Virus record (IMG/VR): IMGVR_UViG_3300011113_000581
Coordinates: 24,134-88,133 of that record
Strand: one strand, 5' to 3'
DNA: 64,000 nucleotides
DNA from: a virus
The position numbers were made by a program, and so were the translations under genes. The notes below the pieces were generated by a model. That model was not told the DNA's origin. It worked only from the letters and a program-made list of their open reading frames with translations, and did no database searches. Of the stretch, positions 24,779 to 32,599 are shown piece after piece. Numbering within the stretch: the first letter of the stretch is position 1; every line of letters begins with the position of its first letter.

Positions 24779-26533
24779 CTATGCAGATGCTAGCGCAGAT
24801 TCGCGTTTGGTCAACGCTTTACTGAAAGCAGTTGTGTAAAGCTCACGTTCCTCATCCGTAAGCCTGGCATTACCAATACCAGCGATCTGTTTGACAGACA
24901 TCATACCCATGTTTACTTCTAGTTGAATGGTAAACATTGGTTTGCCATCAATCATGCACAACACAATGAAGTGTTTCTTTTTACGAACACCATCTGCATA
25001 ACCACTGGCACTACCGACGCAATTACGTACGGCTTGTCCCCAAGCAGCTAGTTGATGCGTGTCAACTGGCTGGAAGAATGTCCACTTGCTGGAACCAAGT
25101 TCAAGTTTGACTGGTTCAGGAAACAAATCTTGGGGTAGTGATTCATTTTTGTTCTTAACTTTCCAGGCAACAGATTGGATGTGATCATGGAACTCCATAA
25201 GTCTCCAACGTTTTGGAACGTCAAGAGTCAATGGTTCTGTTGCGCACTCGTTGTGTGCAAGTACAGTATCTAACATTGAAATAGTATCACCCCAGTTGGA
25301 ATAATAAAAACGTGGATGCTGCAATTCTTCATCGTAAGTAAAACGAGTACGTGTGCTATTCATTTCTTTATCATATTCTTTTTCAAGGATAGAAAAGAAA
25401 GAAGCAACAGGCATATGTTTGTTTAACCAAGCTTGTGTTAGAAGTGAGCCATAACGTGTTGATTGAAAACTCAACAATTGATTAATGTGAGATTGATAAT
25501 AATCAATAGGGCAGTTAGGCCAAACTTCATACACCCAATTAATCGTATTAAACAAAACATGGATTTGAGACCATGGTGCACGAATAGATTTAAGCAGTTG
25601 ATTTTTAGAATTATAAAAGCTTGCATTAACTTCATCACATTTTGCTTGAATCCATTTTTTGAAGAATGGAGTAGCAATAATGTGTAGTAGTTTATTTAGC
25701 CTTCGATAAATATCACCGTCATAACCACTACCGTGTGCATAGTGAGTAATAAGTTTGAACAATAAGTCATATGAAATTACAGCTTTAGTAATGTCATGTT
25801 GCTGCCAATAATCTTTGCATTGGTGTCCGTAACGATAGTCATTAGTAAAGATTACGCAAGCTGGATTGATTGCCTGGAGCCGAGCAAAGGTTGATCGACT
25901 ATCAGACCACATAGGAATAGTGTTAAACAGTTGATCTTCAAATCCTTTTAGTTGTTGAGACAAGTTGCCAGACTTTTTATAATAGCTTTGAACACTTGGA
26001 ATGTTCCAGTTTTTAGCATCGTGACCATCAATAATATCTTGTTTAGTTACTAGTTCGTTGTATGTAAAATATTGAACTCGACCAACATGATATGTAAATA
26101 GTTTGTTTGGATTGTCAATATTTAAATGTTGACGAATCTTATGTGGAAGCATCCTGTGTGCAGATGCATTGTCTTTGAATGCATATGAGTAGCCATAAAC
26201 ATATTGATTTTCTTGTCCTTTGGGTGGTAACCATGCTGCATACCACACTTGCTCAAAGTGATACAAGATTGCGTACGGTGTTACTACACGATCAATAATT
26301 CGTGTGAACAGTTGATAACGATCAGGTGCTGCCTGTGAGTTAATATTGTCAATAGCATCGTTATACAATGATGCTGGCAATACTTCAGTTGGAATAAGTT
26401 GATTAGGTTTACCTAGTGGATGTGTAGCTTTCTTAGTTTTGTTAGTTGTTTTCTGCTGTTTAGCCAATGCTTTAAGAGCTGGGTCATACGCCATCAACTC
26501 TTGTTGCAGTTGAGCAGGAAGACGGAATTGCAT
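24779..26533 (-). CDS. PcfJ-like domain protein
   Basis: C-terminal EFHD...LAAWGQAVRNCVG...YAD...FTIQL...VKQIAG.GN. Confidence 0.7.
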   Translation of the reverse strand: MQFRLPAQLQQELMAYDPALKALAKQQKTTNKTKKATHPLGKPNQLIPTEVLPASLYNDAIDNINSQAAPDRYQLFTRIIDRVVTPYAILYHFEQVWYAAWLPPKGQENQYVYGYSYAFKDNASAHRMLPHKIRQHLNIDNPNKLFTYHVGRVQYFTYNELVTKQDIIDGHDAKNWNIPSVQSYYKKSGNLSQQLKGFEDQLFNTIPMWSDSRSTFARLQAINPACVIFTNDYRYGHQCKDYWQQHDITKAVISYDLLFKLITHYAHGSGYDGDIYRRLNKLLHIIATPFFKKWIQAKCDEVNASFYNSKNQLLKSIRAPWSQIHVLFNTINWVYEVWPNCPIDYYQSHINQLLSFQSTRYGSLLTQAWLNKHMPVASFFSILEKEYDKEMNSTRTRFTYDEELQHPRFYYSNWGDTISMLDTVLAHNECATEPLTLDVPKRWRLMEFHDHIQSVAWKVKNKNESLPQDLFPEPVKLELGSSKWTFFQPVDTHQLAAWGQAVRNCVGSASGYADGVRKKKHFIVLCMIDGKPMFTIQLEVNMGMMSVKQIAGIGNARLTDEERELYTTAFSKALTKRESALASA

Positions 26534-26560
26534 AGTGAGTTCGGAGTGAGTGTGTGGTGT

Positions 26561-26590
26561 TGAGCAGTTTAACGTCATGCTCAGGACGTT
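26561..26590 (-). repeat. pseudoknot motif A, copy 5
   Basis: AACGUC-C-UGAGCA-U-GACGUU-AAAC-UGCUCA; both stems perfect. Confidence 0.85.
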
Positions 26591-26593
26591 GGA

Positions 26594-26794
26594 TCAGATG
26601 CGCATTATTTCTTCACCATTACGGGTAAAGACAATGGCATCATCATAATCATCCATGTACTCTTGCAAAGTCATGGTCTTGTCTGGTGTAAAGACAGGCA
26701 TCTGGTTTGCAAACCCAAATGCACTATATACACGACCTTTAGGACCACGGATAACAAGGTACCAACGTTTAAATTCAATAGAGAAACCAATCAT
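26594..26794 (-). CDS. hypothetical protein
   Basis: Early-region ORF. Confidence 0.55.
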   Translation of the reverse strand: MIGFSIEFKRWYLVIRGPKGRVYSAFGFANQMPVFTPDKTMTLQEYMDDYDDAIVFTRNGEEIMRI

Positions 26795-26796
26795 GA

Positions 26797-27054
26797 TTAA
26801 TAGTAATCAGAGTTGTCTACAACGATAGGATGCCACTGGAGACCCAAGCTGTTAAGGTAGTCAATAAAGCTGCCTTCGTTAGTTGGAATAGTTTGGTCAG
26901 CATCAACATAGAAAGATGCTTGACATAATCCAGGAACATATTCAGGTGGATCAATATGCGTTGCTTGATATTTGAGATGTGCATCTTCAACCATTGCAGT
27001 AACTGTGACATGATCATCTTTGATGGTTGTTTCTTCAATTGAAATAATTGACAT
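26797..27054 (-). CDS. hypothetical protein
   Basis: Early-region ORF. Confidence 0.55.
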   Translation of the reverse strand: MSIISIEETTIKDDHVTVTAMVEDAHLKYQATHIDPPEYVPGLCQASFYVDADQTIPTNEGSFIDYLNSLGLQWHPIVVDNSDYY

Positions 27055-27134
27055 GAGTAGTGTGAATAGATGAAGTGTTGTTGTTACTAATAGTATCTAC
27101 GTGGTACAGGTTTTGAGGGGGGTCCTAGGGGGGA

Positions 27135-27338
27135 TTATTTGTTTGCAGTAGTTAGTTGCTCTGTTTTAGCAAACATTCCATTAGGACCATACTTCTCAAC
27201 AACATCAGGAAATGTGTCGAGTAAACGCTGACGGTTTTTAGGATCTGCATATCGGAGAGCAAGTCCCAATGCAGAGATGAATGAACCACCCATAGTTTCC
27301 ATACGGGTGACAAGTTCAGTGAATTGAATTGGTGTCAT
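27135..27338 (-). CDS. conserved phage hypothetical protein
   Basis: GGSF..AL..A...AD..N..RL...FP. Confidence 0.65.
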   Translation of the reverse strand: MTPIQFTELVTRMETMGGSFISALGLALRYADPKNRQRLLDTFPDVVEKYGPNGMFAKTEQLTTANK

Positions 27339-27361
27339 AGTTGTTAAGGTTGAGGTGAATG

Positions 27362-27400
27362 CTGGGACTTACACACTATACTTACGTTAGTGATGCCCAG
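27362..27400 (-). repeat. RNA motif B, copy 2
   Basis: CUGGG-CAU-CACUA...UAGUG-UGUAAGU-CCCAG. Confidence 0.8.
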
Positions 27401-27407
27401 TGTTTCT

Positions 27408-27605
27408 TTAAAATAATTTAATATTTCGTTTACTCAATCCTGTGCCTGGGATACTAATAGATCCAAGGACACCAGATTTGCGAGCGTTAAGTGTTAGCTG
27501 GAATGGACCAAGTTTGAATGATTTGGTATACGATTTGATACCATGTTCAGTTAAGTTAAAGCCAGCGATAGTGCGGTCAAAGTTAATAGGTGATTTCTTT
27601 GTCAT
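27408..27605 (-). CDS. DUF4236-like small protein
   Basis: KSFKLGPF.L.LN..KSG...SISIPGTGLS. Confidence 0.55.
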   Translation of the reverse strand: MTKKSPINFDRTIAGFNLTEHGIKSYTKSFKLGPFQLTLNARKSGVLGSISIPGTGLSKRNIKLF

Positions 27606-27928
27606 TACCAATCTCCATTACTAAAAGATTGAGTTACAACAAATGAAAGACTAAAAGCTTCTTCTTCAATTTCATTATCATCTGGTGTATAGTATCGAGC
27701 TTCAAAGCCACCAGATCCTGTTGTCTTACATTCAATAGCTCGATATAAAAGATTACGACATGAATTTTTCATGCGATTAATAGTTGGTACAGAGTGACCA
27801 GGCTCACCAATTGTATTAACCCATTTCCAATCCAAGGCATGCATTGTAATCAAAACTTTCTCAAAGTTAAAACGTTCGAGAAGATCTTCGATGAGTTCGG
27901 ATTGATGATCAGTAATTGTGAAAGTCAT
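27605..27928 (-). CDS. hypothetical protein
   Basis: FNFEKV...M.ALDWKW...PT...TGSGGFEA. Confidence 0.6.
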   Translation of the reverse strand: MTFTITDHQSELIEDLLERFNFEKVLITMHALDWKWVNTIGEPGHSVPTINRMKNSCRNLLYRAIECKTTGSGGFEARYYTPDDNEIEEEAFSLSFVVTQSFSNGDW

Positions 27929-28004
27929 ACTGATTTAATGAATTGAATGATTAAGTATGTGCCACATATAAAGAATGTGCACAATACAAATGCTTCAGGC
28001 CAGC

Positions 28005-28286
28005 TCATGGTTTGTTGTAGATAGTTCCTTTACGTTTGTAAAGGTCAAACCCTTCCATTGTCTTGGTGTCAAGAAATGTCCAAGGCCCAATGTTGGCACA
28101 GCCAATTAAGTAGTAGAACCGATAGAAGCCTGGGTTTTCATCCCACTCTTCATCGGTACACATGAGTTTAGATCCAACGCCAAGACTATTCTTGCGTTGG
28201 GTAACCCATATGTCACCTGGCTGAGCAGGCAGGTGACGTGTATTAGGTTGAGTCTTTGTTTGAGTCTTTGGTTTAGTTATGGTCAT
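28005..28286 (-). CDS. hypothetical protein
   Basis: Early-region ORF. Confidence 0.5.
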   Translation of the reverse strand: MTITKPKTQTKTQPNTRHLPAQPGDIWVTQRKNSLGVGSKLMCTDEEWDENPGFYRFYYLIGCANIGPWTFLDTKTMEGFDLYKRKGTIYNKP

Positions 28287-28501
28287 TGCAGATCTCCAGG
28301 TATGAGTGCATTGGTGTCTTCATCAGACATATTTGTCATAACAAATTTATTTCCATCGGCGTCTACAAAGCCGCCGACAAAACCAATACCATGTCGATCA
28401 GCAGATTCTTTCATCTTGGCAACGATTGACATAGCTTGCAATCGCTGACTATCAATTGCATCAGGGATGCGTGGTTTAGGTGCGTCGTTAAGTGCGGTCA
28501 T
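28283..28501 (-). CDS. hypothetical protein
   Basis: ORF downstream of motif B copy 3. Confidence 0.6.
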   Translation of the reverse strand: MTALNDAPKPRIPDAIDSQRLQAMSIVAKMKESADRHGIGFVGGFVDADGNKFVMTNMSDEDTNALIPGDLQ

Positions 28502-28527
28502 AGTGAATTAAGTGTGGAATAGTTGAG

Positions 28528-28572
28528 CAAGCTGGGACTTACACGCTTTCTGTCAGAACGATGCCCAGCTTG
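28528..28572 (-). repeat. RNA motif B, copy 3
   Basis: CAAGCUGGG-CAU-CG...CG-UGUAAGU-CCCAGCUUG. Confidence 0.8.
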
Positions 28573-28670
28573 TGTTCATAAGCTTACTACTCTCTGTCAA
28601 GGGTAAGCACCCCGTTCATGAGTTGTAACACTCACGTTGAGGGTGAAAGCTTATTGAGAATAGTTCGCAA

Positions 28671-28994
28671 TTACCGATGCATCTCTTGATGTTCTTTCCA
28701 TGCAGCGGCATGCATCTCAGCCATGGTAATAGGTGGTTCACCATAAGAATCTTCTGGCTCACCAGGCCATTCAATTGCTTTCTCTAGGTAGCCAATAGCT
28801 TCCAATAGATATTCATCTGAACCATACGGAAGATCGTTGTATCCCATAGGACGTTTCTCTTCTCGTTGGTAGATAGCTTTAAGTTCTTCGATGATTAGCG
28901 TGATGCGCATATCATCGTTGAGGCGTGGGGTGTATTCACTGCCATCGTGACGAGTATACGTCTGGCTAGTGAAGTAAAGTTCGTGTTTGCCCAT
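28671..28994 (-). CDS. hypothetical protein
   Basis: ORF downstream of motif B copy 4. Confidence 0.6.
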   Translation of the reverse strand: MGKHELYFTSQTYTRHDGSEYTPRLNDDMRITLIIEELKAIYQREEKRPMGYNDLPYGSDEYLLEAIGYLEKAIEWPGEPEDSYGEPPITMAEMHAAAWKEHQEMHR

Positions 28995-29022
28995 AGTGTG
29001 ATTGCTGTAGGTTTGGGTTGAT

Positions 29023-29063
29023 GCTGGGACTTACACCACGTACTTATGTAGTGGATGCCCAGC
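29023..29063 (-). repeat. RNA motif B, copy 4
   Basis: GCUGGG-CAU-CCAC...GUGG-UGUAAGU-CCCAGC. Confidence 0.8.
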
Positions 29064-29128
29064 TTGTAGTATTGGCACTATTACCAATACATGGGTAGTA
29101 TTGGCAAATCTTACGTGCTATTCAATAT

Positions 29129-29482
29129 TTAAATTAGACCAAGCAATGAGAGCCAGGAGTCTGGATGGTCGGGTTCTACTTCGTCATCACCTGGGGTGAA
29201 ACAGACTGAGTCGAACGCCCACTCCTCAATGTCCTCGTTGCTTGGGATTTCGTACCAACCCTGGAGGTCTTCGTCAGCGTACTTGGGTTTCCAGTAGAGC
29301 TGGAGTACGCCATGCTTGTCGCGGTAAACGCTGCCGTTTTTGGGGTAGGTGCTGAGGTCTCCAAGCTTGATTCCCTTTGGATCAAAGGTGATGTCAGCTT
29401 GGAACTGCTCTGTTCCTTCTTCTTCTGAGAAGGGAACATAACCGAAGGACTCAGCGATTTGTTGGGTGACGGGGTGAAGCAT
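29129..29482 (-). CDS. hypothetical protein
   Basis: Ends DSVCFTP..DEVEPDHPDSWLSLLGLI. Confidence 0.6.
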   Translation of the reverse strand: MLHPVTQQIAESFGYVPFSEEEGTEQFQADITFDPKGIKLGDLSTYPKNGSVYRDKHGVLQLYWKPKYADEDLQGWYEIPSNEDIEEWAFDSVCFTPGDDEVEPDHPDSWLSLLGLI

Positions 29483-29563
29483 AAGATTAGTTCTGTGATA
29501 AGGATGGAAATGATTGCGATGATGTGAATAAACACATCGTCTTCATGTTGTGTAATTGGTTGA

Positions 29564-29758
29564 TTAGTCATAGTTAGAAATTACGTAACGTTCGTTGTAA
29601 TAATCACAAGCATTGCGTTCGGCACTAGAGATTTCATCAATGCCATCCCATTCGCTTTGCTCGGATTCACGCATAGCTTGCTCTTGCTGGTACGCAAAAT
29701 CAGCCCATGCATCTAGAAAATCTGCATTGTAGTTCTCATCAAATGGTTGAGTTGTCAT
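29564..29758 (-). CDS. hypothetical acidic protein
   Basis: ATG 20 nt after pseudoknot copy 6. Confidence 0.55.
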   Translation of the reverse strand: MTTQPFDENYNADFLDAWADFAYQQEQAMRESEQSEWDGIDEISSAERNACDYYNERYVISNYD

Positions 29759-29778
29759 GCAATGAATTGACAAAGGAC

Positions 29779-29806
29779 TAAGCAGTTTAACGTCATACTC
29801 AGGACG
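29779..29806 (-). repeat. pseudoknot motif A, copy 6
   Basis: CGUC-C-UGAGUA-U-GACG-UUAAAC-UGCUUA. Confidence 0.8.
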
Positions 29807-29855
29807 AGTATCAGGAACATGAATAAATGACGTTTATCAGGATTACAAGTAATAG

Positions 29856-30221
29856 TTAATCAAATGGCACAAAATCTGTATCTTCTATAAGTTTTGAAAT
29901 GTGGATACAATCTTCTTTAATAGCTTCTTCATCACCATCCCATTCGCTAGTCTGGTTCTCAATTACTTCGCATCCAATATCTTCCAGTTGATCAGTAAAT
30001 GATTTCCAACTGTTTGAGTTGCCGTAAACATGAGCGTAGCGCCCAGTTTGATCAGCAACAAGTGCTACGTATGTCATAGGTTGAGTTTCTGGTAGTGTGA
30101 ATGGTCTTTGTTCAAAGGCCATTAACTTTGCAGTGATGGCTCGTAGATCATGATCAGATAGTTCTCCGTTAGATCTCCATTTCAACGAGGTGTTGTTGCA
30201 TTGTGTCGTTGTGTTGACCAC
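29856..30221 (-). CDS. hypothetical protein (start uncertain; ATG at 30077 possible)
   Basis: Early-region ORF. Confidence 0.5.
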   Translation of the reverse strand: MVNTTTQCNNTSLKWRSNGELSDHDLRAITAKLMAFEQRPFTLPETQPMTYVALVADQTGRYAHVYGNSNSWKSFTDQLEDIGCEVIENQTSEWDGDEEAIKEDCIHISKLIEDTDFVPFD

Positions 30222-30403
30222 TGGAGTAACGGTTTGGTGAAATCGGTACCAAGCATAGCGCCCGTTAATACAAACACAATGCCAGTAACAATGGTCACAG
30301 ATAAGAAGTTACAAAAGTAACGACTTAGTCTGTGCTGCTGGTACTCAGGGTACATATCAGTGTGAATGAATTGTTTGGGTCCAAGTTTAGTAATCTGTTT
30401 CAT
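30182..30403 (-). CDS. small membrane protein
   Basis: One hydrophobic segment. Confidence 0.5.
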   Translation of the reverse strand: MKQITKLGPKQFIHTDMYPEYQQHRLSRYFCNFLSVTIVTGIVFVLTGAMLGTDFTKPLLQWSTQRHNATTPR

Positions 30404-30549
30404 AATAGTTGTGTCAATGTAAAGGGAATCAACCTGACGGTTGATGGGGGGACTAGTACTACTGTACTACGTTGCGGTAGGCAGGAGGGGAGGGGAGATC
30501 TCCTGCAGAAAACCCACTCATCATTGATGAGAAGGGTTAAGTGCAGGAA

Positions 30550-30789
30550 TCAATCGTCAAGATGCTCTTGTTCCCATTTAATAAGAGCGTGGTTTAATCT
30601 CACCTTTCGTTCAAGTACCACGCAAAAAGGAACAATATCTTGAAATTCTGTTAGGCCATCTTGCCATTTATAAAAGATCTCTAATGCAGCTTGGCGCTGC
30701 TGTTCAATCTCCTGGTCAATAACATTGTCTCTACGTGCAAGAAGACGAGCTTCTTGGGTGAGGAGACGTTCAACAGCTTTAGGAGTCAT
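30550..30789 (-). CDS. hypothetical protein
   Basis: Early-region ORF. Confidence 0.55.
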   Translation of the reverse strand: MTPKAVERLLTQEARLLARRDNVIDQEIEQQRQAALEIFYKWQDGLTEFQDIVPFCVVLERKVRLNHALIKWEQEHLDD

Positions 30790-30879
30790 GATGAATCCAG
30801 GTGGAGTTGCGTTAAGTTGTGCAGATGTAAAGTCTGCAGAAACCCATCTTGTTACAGATGGGAAATTGCAGACATTGTG

Positions 30880-31116
30880 TTAGTCGGCCATTGCTTGACG
30901 CCGTTCACACTCCATAGTTTGGCAATAGTTGTAGTAATCCACCATCGCAGCATGCATCTCTGACATGCCACTGGGAATACCACTGCCAAGAGTCTGAACA
31001 GCTCGATCCCACCAATGTCCATCAATGCATTGTTGCTCGTAATGAAGCTGAGTTGATTCACCACCATACCAGACGACACGATCGCTGGAATTAACAAGAG
31101 GTTGATAGATAAACAT
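30880..31116 (-). CDS. hypothetical protein
   Basis: MFIYQPLV start after an A/C-rich leader. Confidence 0.55.
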   Translation of the reverse strand: MFIYQPLVNSSDRVVWYGGESTQLHYEQQCIDGHWWDRAVQTLGSGIPSGMSEMHAAMVDYYNYCQTMECERRQAMAD

Positions 31117-31132
31117 GAGTTGAGTAAGTAAA

Positions 31133-31288
31133 TTAACGATGAACAGGGGGGACTTTCGGCATAATCGCATTAGCAAGTGCAAAGCGAACAGCCTTGATTG
31201 TTGTTCCCACCTTCTCTTTGCTTTGGTCACGCTCCAGCCTATTAGCTGTAGCTACCAGTAATGACGCAATTGATTTGCGAATAGCCAT
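31133..31288 (-). CDS. 51-aa basic hypothetical protein
   Basis: Manual ORF MAIRKSIASLLVATANRLERD...PPVHR. Confidence 0.55.
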   Translation of the reverse strand: MAIRKSIASLLVATANRLERDQSKEKVGTTIKAVRFALANAIMPKVPPVHR

Positions 31289-31321
31289 GAGTAACATAAG
31301 CCACTCTTAGTGAGTGGCAAT

Positions 31322-31368
31322 AACTGCCAGGGGAGTTGAACCCCTGGTACGGCCTAGAACCGTCAGTT
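31322..31368 (-). ncRNA. tRNA-elbow mimic (t-element) C1
   Basis: AACUG-ACGG(UUCUAGG)CCGU-A-CCAGGGG(UUCAACU)CCCCUGG-CAGUU. Confidence 0.7.
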
Positions 31369-31533
31369 TGTGCGATAGCCATTAGCTGCGCACCAAGCCA
31401 TATGGACTTGATGCTTATCAGCAGGCCATGCATGTGTGCTGCATTGTTGTGCAGTAGCTTTGTCAAGCTGGTGCACGGTTACTTGTGATGCAATACCAAA
31501 GATTGCAAGTGTAATAGCAATTGACTTGATCAT
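31363..31533 (-). CDS. small cassette ORF with N-terminal hydrophobic segment
   Basis: MIKSIAITLAIFGIAS...C..H.WP...WC..NGY. Confidence 0.6.
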   Translation of the reverse strand: MIKSIAITLAIFGIASQVTVHQLDKATAQQCSTHAWPADKHQVHMAWCAANGYRTN

Positions 31534-31568
31534 TGAGTTGAAGTAAGCCACACTCAGTGTGTAGCAAT

Positions 31569-31615
31569 AACTGTGGGAGGGTTTGCACCTCCCAACCCGC
31601 TTTAACGGATCAGTT
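31569..31615 (-). ncRNA. t-element C2
   Basis: AACUG-A-UCCG(UUAAAG)CGGG-U-UGGGAGG(UGCAAAC)CCUCCCA-CAGUU. Confidence 0.7.
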
Positions 31616-31762
31616 GCGAACTAATTCCTCACTAACGAGGAACCGTTCACCTTCCCCTGGTTCTTGGGATTGAACATATTTGTCAGCCGCTTCACGGCTA
31701 GCAAATACACCCAAGAAGTGATCCTGGTACAGATCACAGAGGATAACAACGTAAACCGACAT
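31610..31762 (-). CDS. 50-aa cassette ORF
   Basis: Manual ORF MSVYVVILCDLYQDHFLGVFASREAADKY...ELVRN with an AGGAG SD. Confidence 0.65.
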   Translation of the reverse strand: MSVYVVILCDLYQDHFLGVFASREAADKYVQSQEPGEGERFLVSEELVRN

Positions 31763-31768
31763 GGTTTA

Positions 31769-31805
31769 CTCCTGTTATGCGGTACCCATCTCCGCTGGGG
31801 GTAAT
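31769..31805 (-). repeat. 37-nt direct repeat containing the SD (copy 1)
   Basis: One mismatch to 32027..32063. Confidence 0.9.
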
Positions 31806-31852
31806 AACTGGGACAGGGTTTGCACCTGTCCACCCGCTTTAACGGATCAGTT
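31806..31852 (-). ncRNA. t-element C3
   Basis: AACUG-A-UCCG(UUAAAG)CGGG-U-GGACAGG(UGCAAAC)CCUGUCC-CAGUU. Confidence 0.7.
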
Positions 31853-32020
31853 GCTACGCACAATGCGCAGCTTTGGGTCTTGCTTACAAGCAAAAGATAT
31901 TTGCTGAGGCGTTGCCGCCTCGCAAATGTAGTTGGGGTCACCCCCAAAAAACTTGTTGGTGACGCATGTCACCTTCATGTCATCCATACGGATGACAAAG
32001 TAAAGATTGTTAAGGTTCAC
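31847..32020 (-). CDS. 57-aa cassette ORF
   Basis: GTG start 6 nt after AGGAG; ends AAC TGA. Confidence 0.6.
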   Translation of the reverse strand: MNLNNLYFVIRMDDMKVTCVTNKFFGGDPNYICEAATPQQISFACKQDPKLRIVRSN

Positions 32021-32026
32021 AGGAAT

Positions 32027-32063
32027 CTCCTGTTGTGCGGTACCCATCTCCGCTGGGGGTAAT
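32027..32063 (-). repeat. 37-nt direct repeat containing the SD (copy 2)
   Basis: AUUACCCCCAGCGGAGAUGGGUACCGCAYAACAGGAG. Confidence 0.9.
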
Positions 32064-32102
32064 GCCTGGGGCTGGAGTCGAACCAGCCCTACACCTTCAG
32101 GC
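32064..32102 (-). ncRNA. t-element C4
   Basis: GCCUG-AAGGUGUA-GGGCUGG(UUCGACU)CCAGCCC-CAGGC. Confidence 0.7.
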
Positions 32103-32324
32103 GGGATCAAATGGAGAAACCCATACCAAATCTTGAGGATCCAGTAAATACAAACTGCACATAGCGCAGTAGATCTTGTGTTCATCCCACTGCGCAGCAG
32201 TTGGATCTAGTTTCACCAATTCCATGAACTGATCAACAAACCACTGAGCAGTAACTCCATACACAGGTGCATCACCAATGGTGTCGCACCCAATAACCTT
32301 GTTAGCAATGTTGAGAAGAGTCAT
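32097..32324 (-). CDS. 75-aa cassette ORF
   Basis: Follows pseudoknot copy 7; stop codon lies in the C4 stem. Confidence 0.6.
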   Translation of the reverse strand: MTLLNIANKVIGCDTIGDAPVYGVTAQWFVDQFMELVKLDPTAAQWDEHKIYCAMCSLYLLDPQDLVWVSPFDPA

Positions 32325-32352
32325 GATGTTGATAAGTAATTAGAATGAACTT

Positions 32353-32382
32353 GCTACGGTTTAACGTCCATCAGCTAGACGT
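32353..32382 (-). repeat. pseudoknot motif A, copy 7 (divergent)
   Basis: ACGUC-UA-GCUGAUG-GACGU-UAAAC-CGUAGC. Confidence 0.65.
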
Positions 32383-32472
32383 GAATCGCTGAAAACCCTT
32401 GCGGCGCAATGGATCTCAACGATTAAACAACGACAGTCATCTCTGAACCGCGGTGTAGCGGGGAGATTTCCT

Positions 32473-32505
32473 GTATCCACACACTTTTCCACAGGCTGTG
32501 GAGAA
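32473..32505. promoter_or_regulatory. DnaA-box-like cluster
   Basis: GTATCCACA, TTTTCCACA and inverted TGTGGAGAA; another TGTGGAGAA at 32986. Confidence 0.5.
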
Positions 32506-32599
32506 CGTAGTCAGATGTGTGGGTTTGCTGACATACGCGTGCAGGTTGAGTGCTGCATGAACCCCTGCGTCACAAGGACGACAGGGGAAAAGGCAATAG

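Noticed and set aside
27085-30500. ACGTA-containing words and G-rich runs in intergenic gaps near 27100, 29110 and 30470
   Set aside because: Possibly early promoters, but too short and variable to support by eye.
31300-32102. Possible CRISPR array or integron
   Set aside because: The 'spacers' are 150-230-nt ORFs, the repeats are heterogeneous and structured, no cas or integrase gene is in the window, and no attC pattern is evident.
13758-32382. Motif A as a pistol or hammerhead ribozyme, or a preQ1/SAM-II riboswitch
   Set aside because: It shares a P1/pseudoknot/AAA look with pistol but lacks P2/P3 and the catalytic residues; there is no CUGAUGA/GAAA core and no riboswitch consensus.
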